Assembly (NCBI GenBank): GCA_019828565.1
Contig: JAHDYR010000005.1
Coordinates: forward strand, 1,445,992-1,509,991
Length of the DNA: 64,000 nucleotides
Direction of reading: 5' to 3'
Source of the DNA: Carpediemonas membranifera BICM
Lineage: Eukaryota; Protista; Fornicata
Part shown: one piece after another, positions 35,119 to 45,615 of the stretch
How the letters are laid out: every line of letters begins with the position of its first letter
Position numbering within the stretch: position 1 is the stretch's first letter
The notes under the pieces: generated by a model
What the model saw: only the letters and a program-made list of their open reading frames with translations
Told to the model about the DNA's origin: nothing
Databases searched by the model: none
Made by a program: the position numbers and the translations under genes

Positions 35119-36411
35119 ATGGCTAAAGCGAAGGGAAGAAAGCGTTCAAACTCCACAAACAAGACCCAGAAGCCTGCTGTTCCCAAGCCTGCAGTGATGG
35201 AGCCCATCATCGAAGCCAAGCCCGTGGAACCCGTTGCCCAGAAGCCGTCTGCTGTCCCCGAACCCACCAAGGTTCAGGCTCCCGTTGTTTCCACACCTGT
35301 TGCTGCTGTCAAGGCTGAAGCGAAGTTTTCTTCTTCCCCTGCGACGCTGAATAGGAACCGAAACCAGGCCACCGAGATGATCCGTCTCGATAAGGACATC
35401 CGCAAGCAGCTCAAGGCCCGCAACATCGAGCCCGCCTCCGACAAGGACCTTATGGACTTCTTCTTGGACGGTACTGTTCTGTGCCGCCTCGCCAAGCTTG
35501 AGGACTACACCCCCGTGCCCAAGAACGGTGCCCAGAAGAGAGAGAACATCTCCTACTTCCTCAAGGAGCTCCAGGGTCTGGGTATGTCGAGCATCGTGCT
35601 CTTTGAGACCAACGATCTTTACGAGGCGAAGGACCCCATTCAGTGCTACAAGACGATCCACTCTTACCTCAAGGAGATCCCGGTTGGTCCCATCGCACCC
35701 CTCAAGAAGGTGGTGAAGAAGGAGCATGCGCGCCCTGCTGAGCCCGAGCCCGAGGAGGTTGAGACGAAGGTCGAGACTCCAACTCCTCACCCCAAGATCG
35801 AGATCAAGGTCGAGGAGACCATCGTCACCAAGGCCGCACAGCCTGAAGCCGCTCCCGAGCCTGAGAAGGAAGAGGAGACTAAGCCCGAGCCTGTTGTTGC
35901 CGAGCCCGAGGTTGTTGTCGAGGAGGCGAAGGTTCCCATCGTCGAGGAGGTCAAGCCCGCCCCCGGCCCTGTCCGCGTCACCAAGCCCACACCTGCACCT
36001 GAGCCCAAGAAGGGAGAGCTTAAGGCCCCGCAGAGCCCCTCATACGAGATCAAGCGCGTCGAACGCAACCGCCGCGCCGGTACGTACACTTACACAATCA
36101 AGGTCCACTACAACACGGACTTCGGCCAGTACATCGCCGTAACCGGCAGCATCCCCGCCCTGGGCTGCTGGGACCTCACCAGGGCCCTTCCTCTCGACTG
36201 GGCCGAGTCCAACGACGGATTCTGGGTCGGGAAGCTCACCATCCCCTTCTCTGGCAAGGAGGCGGTGCGGGCTGAGTACAAGCTCGTCTGCCTGTCCGAT
36301 ACGGGCGCGGTACGATGGGAGGCAGACCCAGCTGGCCCCAACAGGCTGCTGGAGCTGGCGTCCGACAACTCTCGGACGCTGAGATGGATCGATCAGGCGA
36401 ACTGGAGGTAA
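35119..36411 (+). CDS. Calponin-homology domain + low-complexity linker + CBM20 starch/glycogen-binding domain protein
   Basis: CH-like DGTVLCRL...RENISYFL...LFETNDLYEAKD. CBM20 signature TDFGQYIAVTGSIPALGCWD...W.G...EYKLV...VRWE...PNR. Confidence 0.75.
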   Translation: MAKAKGRKRSNSTNKTQKPAVPKPAVMEPIIEAKPVEPVAQKPSAVPEPTKVQAPVVSTPVAAVKAEAKFSSSPATLNRNRNQATEMIRLDKDIRKQLKARNIEPASDKDLMDFFLDGTVLCRLAKLEDYTPVPKNGAQKRENISYFLKELQGLGMSSIVLFETNDLYEAKDPIQCYKTIHSYLKEIPVGPIAPLKKVVKKEHARPAEPEPEEVETKVETPTPHPKIEIKVEETIVTKAAQPEAAPEPEKEEETKPEPVVAEPEVVVEEAKVPIVEEVKPAPGPVRVTKPTPAPEPKKGELKAPQSPSYEIKRVERNRRAGTYTYTIKVHYNTDFGQYIAVTGSIPALGCWDLTRALPLDWAESNDGFWVGKLTIPFSGKEAVRAEYKLVCLSDTGAVRWEADPAGPNRLLELASDNSRTLRWIDQANWR

Positions 36412-36520
36412 ATAGCATGGCATATGGTGATTTATGTTAATGTCTTGAGTTGTAGTAAGTGTTGCAGTCATCATTGTCGTCGTATCATTCTTGATCGCCT
36501 CCCAGACCGACCCAGGCCCG

Positions 36521-37333
36521 TTAGAACAGCTGGACCATGACGTCGCTAACGACGTTGGAGAACAGGCTACCCACCTTCTGTAGCGGCGTCTTCTTTCTCC
36601 TGGTCGCGGGTCGGGCAGTCTGTAGTGGAGTCGGCGGCTGGGACCCGGGCTCGAGCGGCTTGGCAGTCTCTGGCCTGGCAGTCTTTGCCCCGTCCCTATG
36701 TGTGTGCATGGCAGGTACTCTGGGCGTGCCTTGGACGAAAGCATGCATCTGGGGGCGCTTGGGCGATAGATCCTGGCGGGCGGTGATTACGGGGACTACG
36801 AGCACCTCCTCCGTCTCTGAGGGAGAGAGCGTGGGCACTGAGGGGTCATCGATAGCGTATTCCCCGCCGTGGAAGTTGCCGTATTCCTGAGGCGATAGTG
36901 GTCTGGCACCAGGAGTGTAAGAGTCAATCTTGAACGAGCCGTCGAAGACTTCGAGGACCTTGCCAGACATGACGCTCTTGGGAGAGGCACAGCTAGAGCG
37001 TGTGCGAAGATCGGCGGGGTTGATGGCGTCGTACGAAAGGTGCGAGGAAGGGGATAGCGAAGCGAGGCCGGGATATTCGTCAATTTCCACACCGTAGTTG
37101 TTCACGAACGATTTTGCGCCTTGATAGATCGCGTTGCTCCTTTCTTCGGGACTTAGAGCTGGTTTTTGGTGTTTCGAGCGGTGATGATGGCGATGGTGCC
37201 GCCGTTGCGCGGTATTCATCTTTTCACGGTACTCTCTGCGCCTACGTGCTGATGGAAGCTCTAATTCGTCGACCATTGAGGTTGATTGGCGGTGAGTATA
37301 CAGAAGATGCAGTTGATCTAGAATAGTGGCCAT
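36521..37333 (-). CDS. Hypothetical protein (S/P-rich, largely disordered)
   Basis: 270-aa ATG ORF filling the gap between two genes; no recognisable motif. Confidence 0.55.
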   Translation of the reverse strand: MATILDQLHLLYTHRQSTSMVDELELPSARRRREYREKMNTAQRRHHRHHHRSKHQKPALSPEERSNAIYQGAKSFVNNYGVEIDEYPGLASLSPSSHLSYDAINPADLRTRSSCASPKSVMSGKVLEVFDGSFKIDSYTPGARPLSPQEYGNFHGGEYAIDDPSVPTLSPSETEEVLVVPVITARQDLSPKRPQMHAFVQGTPRVPAMHTHRDGAKTARPETAKPLEPGSQPPTPLQTARPATRRKKTPLQKVGSLFSNVVSDVMVQLF

Positions 37334-37507
37334 GACTCAATCAAAGAAATCTGGGGCAAATATTTGCTAGTATGGCCTGGCTGCACTCATATCAGACCAG
37401 CTGGAGTCGATGCCACGGGCCCCTGCGATTTTTTGAAAAATCGCAAAATTTGACTTCAAATTTTCGGATAATTTAAGCGATTTAAATGGTCGTCCGGCAG
37501 AAGCCCC

Positions 37508-38530
37508 CTAATCCGAGTTGTTTACCGCGCTGTCCTCCTCATCGCCGCCTTCAGCCTCATCCTCGCGAACAGCCTTGGAAACCATTTCAGAGATCTTATC
37601 AGTGATGCCGGATCTCCGGATCTCCTTGCGGATCGCGAGATCCTTCATCACGATCGCCTCTGTGACCTCATCGAACTGAGGTGCAGGTTTGGTCGACTCG
37701 AAGCCGAACTTGCGCTTAAAGACAATCTGAATGCACCCAACATCCCGCTCAAAGTACTCGCGGGCCTCCTTGTGGTCTATAGCGAGCATCTGGGGGAAGT
37801 CTATCATTGTAATCTTCTCGTCCTGACCAATCAAAAGATTAAACTCGTTGAAGTCGCCGTGGACGACCCCATGCTGGGCCATACGGACGATGAGCGCCAT
37901 GAGGCCGTCATACACCATCTCTGGGTGCGCCATATTCGCTATGGTGTTCATGTTGAATCCGTCAACCTGGCTCATGACGACGGCGTGTCTGTTGACGTCG
38001 ACTGGGGTGGGGGTGGGGAAGCCGTTGTCGTAGAGAACCTTCATGTACGCGAACTCCTTGAGGGCGGCGAGGCGAGAGAGATAGAGCCAGTTCGGGCTCT
38101 TCCGGTTGCCGTGGTAGTCGCGTTTGTTCTTGACTGCGCGGAAAGAAGTGCGGCCGAGGCGTTGGAACTTCACCACAAGGTGGTTCCCGTCAGCATCCTG
38201 GGCCATGTAGATGTCGGCCTCCTTGCCTACACCGAGCTTGGAGCCGAGGCCGGTGAGCTTGCCGCGCTTGTAGAAGGCGTGGAGGGCGAGGTAGTCGTAG
38301 CCCTCGTACGTGAGGTGGTAGCCGTCGTTGCGGCCGCCAATATGCTGCACAAGCTTTCTGCGAAGAAGATCGTTCACAATCTTGGACACACCACCACGGC
38401 GTATGTCAGCAATACGCTCGATCAGTGGCATGGGAACCCACTCGTGGTTCTTCATGCCTTGCTCGATAGCGGTAAGACATCTGTAGTCTTCTGGCTCCAG
38501 ATACTGCATCGTCTCAACATCGAGCTTCAT
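37508..38530 (-). CDS. RIOK2: RIO2 atypical kinase
   Basis: GMKNHEWVP, GYDYLAL, GVGKEADIY, RLGRTSF, HGDFNEFN and IDFPQM. Confidence 0.96.
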   Translation of the reverse strand: MKLDVETMQYLEPEDYRCLTAIEQGMKNHEWVPMPLIERIADIRRGGVSKIVNDLLRRKLVQHIGGRNDGYHLTYEGYDYLALHAFYKRGKLTGLGSKLGVGKEADIYMAQDADGNHLVVKFQRLGRTSFRAVKNKRDYHGNRKSPNWLYLSRLAALKEFAYMKVLYDNGFPTPTPVDVNRHAVVMSQVDGFNMNTIANMAHPEMVYDGLMALIVRMAQHGVVHGDFNEFNLLIGQDEKITMIDFPQMLAIDHKEAREYFERDVGCIQIVFKRKFGFESTKPAPQFDEVTEAIVMKDLAIRKEIRRSGITDKISEMVSKAVREDEAEGGDEEDSAVNNSD

Positions 38531-38717
38531 CCTGGCGTGCGATAACGGAGGATGAGCGAAAGGACGGGTTAAAGTGCACGGTCATTGATCTTTCGGGGGT
38601 GGGTTTATGAGCCTACTATGGATTCTATACGGGTGCAAAACACCCCTGGAATGCTTGGCTGTGTCTCTTCAATGTGCAGTTTTGGCAGTGTTTGACGACG
38701 AGCGTAACAAACCAACC

Positions 38718-39467
38718 ATGGATTGGGGATCTCTTGCAGGCAAAATGAGCCAAAAGAAGGCCCAAATTAAAGCCAGTGAACAGAAGAGAAAGGCCGAGGT
38801 CGTTTCCAAGAAGAACGATGCTGCCTCTCCTGTCAAGCAGCCCGAAACTACTCCTCAGCAGCAGCCTGCACCCGATACATCCGCTCCTAAGCCTGCAGTT
38901 CCTCAGCCAACTAATCCAGCTCCCAAGAAGCCTAGTTTCCGCCCCAGTTTCACTCCCACAATTTCCGCACCCGTGGCCCCAGCTCAGCAGTACCCCCCCA
39001 TGCAGCAGATGCCAGTGGCCGGTCTCATGCCCGCGAACCTTGTGAACCAACAGAAGCAGCGCGCCCAGGAGGACCGGCGGGCACAACATCCCATGCCCAA
39101 CCCCGCCGCCCAGGGCTACGGCTGGAACGCGTACGTGCCTCAGATGGAGTTCGACGACCTCAAGCAGCAGGACCTGGCAGATATTGATAACTGGATGGTT
39201 CAGGCAACTGGGCCGTATGTGCAACTTTATGCCCAAGAGACCCAGGATGAGGAGTTCGAGGCCAACCTTCACGCTAAGGAGCTCGCGCAGGCCGAGGACT
39301 TCTGGTACATGGACTCGGCCAAGTGCGAGTGCTGCAGGGGTTTTAAGTTTGGGTGCAAGTGCGTGAAGCAGGAGGGGGCTCGCGCCTGCAAGCACTGCGA
39401 GGAGAAGCAGGCGGAGACGGTGGAGGGTCAGATCGCTGCTGTGGATGTTGCTGCGAAGGCCGAGTAG
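38718..39467 (+). CDS. Hypothetical protein, P/Q-rich with C-terminal Cys cluster
   Basis: Coding-like codon usage from ATG 38718; motif CECCRGFKFGCKC...CKHC. Confidence 0.6.
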   Translation: MDWGSLAGKMSQKKAQIKASEQKRKAEVVSKKNDAASPVKQPETTPQQQPAPDTSAPKPAVPQPTNPAPKKPSFRPSFTPTISAPVAPAQQYPPMQQMPVAGLMPANLVNQQKQRAQEDRRAQHPMPNPAAQGYGWNAYVPQMEFDDLKQQDLADIDNWMVQATGPYVQLYAQETQDEEFEANLHAKELAQAEDFWYMDSAKCECCRGFKFGCKCVKQEGARACKHCEEKQAETVEGQIAAVDVAAKAE

Positions 39468-40181
39468 ATCATAAACTGTCCATTTTATTCTTCATATGGT
39501 TGAGAGTGGATGCCGCGTGTCGAAGCCGAGGGACGTTTATCGATGGGTATGTGAGCTTTGACCACGTTGCTTCGATATGACGGCGGGTTACCAGTGGGAG
39601 GACTACTCCATTATGGCTGCCGGCCAGGTGAACTCAACCAAGGAAACAGTCACTGTTTGACTGGCTCGGGTGCCACTTTGGATACAGCGCAATACTGCAA
39701 ACAACAGTCAAGTGTGCCACGCGATGTGGTGGGTCACACGCACATGACCATTCACTGACATGGGTGACACTGCGCCATTATTAGTCAACTCAACCTCTAC
39801 TTTTACTTGCTTTATGACAGACACGTCAGCGAGAGTTGTTGATGTCGTCTGCCCGGTTTGGTTCGGGTGACTCGGCCCCTGGATTACACCCAGCCATTGG
39901 CAAGAGGGCCGTGCCAGGAAGTGGGACAAGAGTGATCAGCATTACCTCTCTCCGAACGTTGGCTGTAACGTTGGTCCTCGCGATGCCGCGCATGAAGGCG
40001 ACCCGTTGTAGATGTCCTTGAACAGTATGAGAGACCAAGTCGGTCATTGTTACTTACATTACTGGCTCCTCAACCACAAAACGAGTCCCCATCAGTCATA
40101 ATTAAAGGGATTTACGAAAATGGCCAAAACTCGGAGATCACGCGTGTTGCAGTTTAGTGACCATCAAATACGAAATTGGCA

Positions 40182-40624
40182 ATGGTTTCCGAGACGCTAG
40201 TAATGCCCGATCATCTGAAGGAGACCACATCCAAGGGCTGCATTGCATTCAGTGACGCAGACCTTGATTGGATCTTCGACAGCTGCAACGGCCAGTGCTT
40301 CTATTGCGGAGCCCGCCTTGGCCGTAACCTCCACCTCCAGGTCCCCACAAAGCAGCAAGGCTACAAGTGCTGGGAAATTGAACACCTCAAGGCGTTCAGC
40401 GACTTCAAGGATTCGAAGAAGTCCTCCAACAAAGGGACCAACTCGCAGCCGCCTGCTCAGCGTGCAATCGTGATAAGTCCAACAAGAACTACCGAGAATT
40501 CTGGGTCAACGAGGTTGGCGAACTCCCACGTTGCCTCGGTTTCGACTCAGCCGGCTATCGCTGCACTGCCAAGATCGCCGATAGAATGTACAAATACTGC
40601 ACCGAGCACAAGACCGGCAAGTAG
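40182..40624 (+). CDS. HNH endonuclease (zinc-binding, McrA-like), frameshifted at 40431-40436
   Basis: CFYCG...WEIEHLKAF in the first frame. Adding one base in AAAGGG gives DQLAAACSACNRDKSNK...CLG...CTA...CTEH-KTGK-stop (TAG 40622-40624), completing CxxC...H...CxxCN..K. Confidence 0.8.
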
Positions 40625-40661
40625 ACGAGAGTAAACATCATCACCAGCCATTCATATTTAC

Positions 40662-42086
40662 TTACACTGTCGTCTTCGCCTTGTACAGCGCCATATAAGC
40701 GGTATGCCAATCCCCACCGCCGTGGAGTTCGAGCGCGTCCTTCTCAGTGATAGGCGTCACCTTGTCGTCGTCGTACCGCTGCCACTGCCCCTGGGCGTCT
40801 CTCGCCCAGCCAAGGTAGTGTCCGCCGTCCGCACGCCGTCCCTTGTGGGTAATGACGGCGTGAAGCTCATACATCCCGGACAGATTGTTCACAATGATGC
40901 CGTCCTGGCGAGGCATCTCCGGAGGCTCGGCAGTGCCCTCAGCAAGCCCGTCCATGATGTCACGCGCTTTCGTAGCTGCACGGCGGTAGTCTTTGATGGT
41001 CTCTTGGAGCTCGGGCGTGCACAGAGGAGCGGCATCGAACGTAGCAGGATAACGTACAGAGCGCAGAATCTTCTGCTTCTTCTGGTTCTGTTGGTCCCAG
41101 AAGAAGCGCATAAACTGCACCGTGACATACTCGGGGAGCCTGACGAGCTCGGTCTTGCGCTCGTAGACCCTGTCCTCGTTAGTCTCGGGGTCCTTCCGTT
41201 CGATAGTCTCGACAGCGGACTCCTGAAGCCCTTGCAGGAGCTGGCTAGTGGAGTTTCCGATGTGGCACGTGAGCTTCCATAGCGTTTCCGCGGACTCACT
41301 GGCGACGGGTGTGTCATCAGTACCGGCCAGGCGCATAGTCTGGCGCGTACCGATACCGAAGAGCCGCTCCATAAGCTTGTCGGTGGCGAGAGGAGCATCA
41401 GGCCCCTCCATGGGTACGTCGGCAACCTCATCCTCCTTGGAAGCCTCCTGGGAGACGTTGGTGGTAGTCAGGCGTTTGTTCAGACTGGTCACGAGCTGAG
41501 TGAAAGCCTCCTCGGCGTCCTGCTGCATGAATGCGCCGTGCTCGCCCTTTTCGGCGAATTGGGGGTGGTTTTCTCTCAACTGGCTCACGAGTTGAGCTGG
41601 ATAGACGGACTTGCGCCCAGCCACTAGGCTGCTGATGACCTTAGAGATCTGTGCGACAAGCTTATGGTCCGGGTCGTATTCATCCGCGCTCGAGTAATTC
41701 TTGAGGAACTCGACGAGCTCTGGAACGGATTTGAGCATCTGTACACATGAGTTGAGGTAGCATGTGTTGCCAAGGTTCTCTAGACCGACCTGTACCTCCG
41801 CGCTCATCTCTGTATCGGCGGACTCCGTCGAGAGGTTGACGACATGGTCCGAACCAATGAGAAGAAACTCCTGGTTGGCATGGATAGCAAGAGATGAAAG
41901 GTCCACATCATCTGCAAGGAGGCCAGCACAGCTTCCGGTGCCGAGGAGGAACTGGCGGTCCGGTGGGACGTTGGTGACCGAGAACAGCTGTGTTTTGAAC
42001 TGAAGGAGATCCGCAGAGGTGTCCAGTCCTACGTTGAATACTCTCTTGCCCCATCGCACGACAACCTTTAACGATTGAGCAGACAT
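40662..42086 (-). CDS. USP14: Ubiquitin carboxyl-terminal hydrolase 14 / Ubp6
   Basis: N-terminal UBL domain, GLENLGNTCYLNS, QQDAEE, VITHKGRRADGGHY and GGGDWHTAY. Confidence 0.95.
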   Translation of the reverse strand: MSAQSLKVVVRWGKRVFNVGLDTSADLLQFKTQLFSVTNVPPDRQFLLGTGSCAGLLADDVDLSSLAIHANQEFLLIGSDHVVNLSTESADTEMSAEVQVGLENLGNTCYLNSCVQMLKSVPELVEFLKNYSSADEYDPDHKLVAQISKVISSLVAGRKSVYPAQLVSQLRENHPQFAEKGEHGAFMQQDAEEAFTQLVTSLNKRLTTTNVSQEASKEDEVADVPMEGPDAPLATDKLMERLFGIGTRQTMRLAGTDDTPVASESAETLWKLTCHIGNSTSQLLQGLQESAVETIERKDPETNEDRVYERKTELVRLPEYVTVQFMRFFWDQQNQKKQKILRSVRYPATFDAAPLCTPELQETIKDYRRAATKARDIMDGLAEGTAEPPEMPRQDGIIVNNLSGMYELHAVITHKGRRADGGHYLGWARDAQGQWQRYDDDKVTPITEKDALELHGGGDWHTAYMALYKAKTTV

Positions 42087-42421
42087 TGTTTGCTTAGAGT
42101 GGTTTTGACACGGTGAACGATCAATTTTGCCAAGCTGATTGATGCTTGGCCAAGAGCCTACTGGGGGTTGGGGAGCAGGGAAATGGCTGTCCTTAGCCCA
42201 TTGACTTCGAGGCCGACATCTTTTTGAGGTCTGATCTCGTCGATCCGGTGGTATCCGTTTGGCGGCGAAAAAACTTTACATGCGGAGGCAATCAGGCTAC
42301 TGAGTAGCGTTGTCTCAGGGCCCATACGATGCAACTTCGCCTGGAAGTCAATCAGATTTTTTTGCGCAAAATGACTGTGCCCGAGTCCTTTCTCGTCCGA
42401 TTCACAGTGCTCCAGCCCGCA

Positions 42422-43929
42422 ATGTCATTGCTTTCTGCAAAAATGGAATGCGTCGGTGAACACGCTCAGGTCCTGTACTCAATGATGCTTGAGAAGTCTC
42501 AGCTCGAGCCCCAGGTGTTTAACATGCTCCTCATTGTCGTCACCATCTGCCTCGGGCTCATTGTCGCCAAGCTTCTCGTTGGCAAGAGCAAGAAGACTGG
42601 CTGCTATGTTGCTGACTTCGCTGTCGCTCATCCTGACGACAAGTGGAAGTCTCCTCACCAGGTTACTTTCGAGAAGATGGCTCAAGCCAACTTCTTCAAC
42701 GACGAGGTCCTCGTTTTCCAGGGCAAGATGCTCGAACGTGCTGGCCTCGGCGATGAGACCTACGCTCCCCCCTGCATCCACGAAATGAAGCCCTCCCGCG
42801 CTGGTTTGTAACCACTCACCCTCCTTATCTAGGCGCCTACGAAGAGCTTGGCATCTCCGTCATCCCCCCAATTGACGAGCTCCTTGCCCGCCAGAAGATC
42901 TCTGCCAAGGACATCGACTTCCTCGTCGTCAACTGCTCTCTCTTCTGCCCCACGCCCTCGATCTCCGCCTGGATCGTCAACCACTACAAGATGCCCTCCA
43001 AGGTCCGTACCTTCCAGATCGGCGGCATGGGCTGCTCCGCCTCCATGATTGGCGTCGACCTCATCCAGGAACTCCTTCGCGTCCACCCCGACAAGAAGGC
43101 CCTCCTCATCTCCACTGAAAACATCTCCATGAACTGGTACGAGGGCAACGAGTACTCTATGGTCCTCCAGAACGTCCTCTTCCGCATGGGCGGCGCTGCC
43201 ATCCTACTCACCGGCCGCAAGACTAAGTCGTCCCGGTACGAGCTCAAGCACCTCGTCCGCACCCACCACGGCCGCATCCAGAACTCCTTCGACTGCGTTG
43301 TCCAGAAGCCCGACGCTGAGGGCAACATCGGCGTCCATCTCACGAAGGACGTACCCAAGGCTGCGGGCAAGGCCATCGAGGACAACATTGGTATCCTCGG
43401 CCGTCAGGTCCTTCCCCTCTCTGAGAAGCTTAAGTTTGCCTGGTACAACATGGTCCTGCCCAAGCTCGGCCGCAAGACCACCATGTACACGCCCAACTTC
43501 CGCAAGGCCATCGACAACTTCTGCATCCACACCGGTGGCCGCGCCGTGATCGACACCGTCCAGAAGAACCTCAGCCTCACCGACAGAGACGTCGAGGCGT
43601 CTCGCGCCACCCTCTACCGCTACGGCAACACGTCATCTTCCTCTGTCTGGTACGAGATGGCCTATGCCGAGAACCACCGCATGATCAAGCCCGGCAACAT
43701 GATCTGGCAGATCGCCTTTGGCTCAGGATTCAAGGCCAACTCCGCAGTCTGGCGTGCACTCCCTGGCTGCAAGAAGAACCGCCACCTCTTTGTGAAGAAC
43801 CAGCCGCAGTGGAAGTACGACCCCACCAAGGAAGGCTTCGGCAAGCCGCCGGCCCTAAAGTTCGCTCCGAAGTACCAGAAGATCATCGAGGCGCACCGCA
43901 AGCGCAAGGCCGCCGCTGAGAAGCACTAA
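42422..43929 (+). CDS. 3-ketoacyl-CoA synthase (plant FAE1/KCS-type very-long-chain fatty acid condensing enzyme), 29-nt intron 42804-42832
   Basis: N-terminal TM helix; LERAGLGDETY.P; after splicing DIDFLVVNCSLFCPTPS; GGMGCSA (catalytic Cys), LFRMGGAAILL, FCIHTGGRAVID, YGNTSSSSVWYE and WQIAFGSGFKANSAVW. Confidence 0.92.
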
Positions 43930-45615
43930 ATCCGTTCCTGTTTATCCTCCCTTACAGATTTTCTTCTTTCTGAATGATGACCCAAGTCCGGGCATGGGTT
44001 TGTTGCGCTGGATGATACTGGCCGGGGAACTGAGCCGGTTGGGACCACGCGTTCGTTCTTGTTGTTCAGACGATTATTTGCTGATGATTTATTTAATCCC
44101 GGATCTTCGCAGATTAGCCACCGGGAAAACCACAAACAGAGAATCAAGCGCATCATGGGAAACACGGATGAAGTACCCAGCAACGACTTCTATGGGATAT
44201 CCGAAAAACCAAGTGAGATGGTTGGTACCGAGGGAATGGGCATGAGGGACGGTAGCCTCCTCCAAGGAGCATTCGCGGGTGGGTTCTAGGAATAAATGGT
44301 TGTACAAGTCGCGTTAACTACAAACTGAAAGTTTCTAGCAAGTCGTGCGTATTGAGCACCAGGACGAATTGGAGCTGGCGAGATAATGTGTGGTGACAAC
44401 CAGTTTCGCATGCTTGCGTACATGCCTGACCACACGCGTGTCTCCCATTTATTGACCACCAAGTCTGGTTGGTCCATGCTGAATGTCGCCACATCTCCCG
44501 TCAAGGCTGAGCTGCAGTTGCAATCTCCGTCCATCGGAAGGGGGCGGGATCAGTAGCGCTTTTGGCAGAGGCCGAAGTGTGTTTGGTCGTTAGATTCGGA
44601 GATTCGGATCCGGATCTTCGCAGTTTTGCCACAAGCTAAAGCATCAAGCAAGAATGGGAAACACGAATGAAATGGTTTCGAACGGATTCGATCAACCCAT
44701 AATGGAAGAGGATACGACAGTTGGTACTGAAGCAATGGGCGTTAGAAGCGGTGAACACAGCGCCGGTGGCTTCCCAAGTTTCTAGGCATAAATGGGAGCA
44801 CAAACCGCGATTTCCACGGGCTGAATGCTCCAAGCATCATTACATGCGTCATCAGCATCAATTAGATCAGGCCCTTGGTGAAATTTGGTGGTGACAACAC
44901 TTTTCCTGGCTGCGTGCAAGGCCATCAAAACTGTCAGGCCCAGTTGGTACATGACAGGTGCATAGACAGTCTTTGGTCATCGATACACTAAATCTCCAGC
45001 TGAAGCTACTATGCTCTCGGGGGGCCTCGCAGGGATGAGGATTCGACATACTCCAAGCAACCACAGTTAGAATATCTCCAGAACTCAACGTCCACCAACC
45101 AGTGGGCGACAGTATCTGTAGCGCCCTTGGCAGGCATTGCCATGCGTAAGCTCGTGAGATCTAGTTCATTCTGAATCTTCGCAGGATAGTCACGAGAAAA
45201 CGAATCAATAATTATGGGAAACCTGCCAGCTGGAACCGGAAACCAAGAACTGAAAGATGCATGTGATTACGAAGAAACGTATGGCGGAATGGGAGAGGGA
45301 GGCCGTCTCCATATTGGCAAAGCCCGCAAATAGACTTAAACTTCTTAAACTGAGGAGCAAGCCGCATTTCACTCCATGGAATGAATGCTTCTTATCTCGT
45401 ATCACTAAATGTGGCAGCAGGACGGGTTGGAATTTGATGAAATTGTGTGGTGCCAATCATTTCATCGAATCATGAGCCTCGGCATCAATGCCAGGGTCGG
45501 TCTCGGTGCATGAGAGAGACACTGACGTCAGTCTCTGGTCCTCGTGGCTCTAAATCTCCAGAAAAAGTTTACATACACAAGACCAATCAGCGCGATGACC
45601 ACGTGGCTCCTAACC

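Noticed and set aside
39558-40060. YGCRPGEL and CPVW peptides resembling a tyrosine recombinase upstream of the HNH gene
   Set aside because: They are short matches in different, stop-interrupted frames with no HxxR or catalytic Tyr; insufficient without a profile search.
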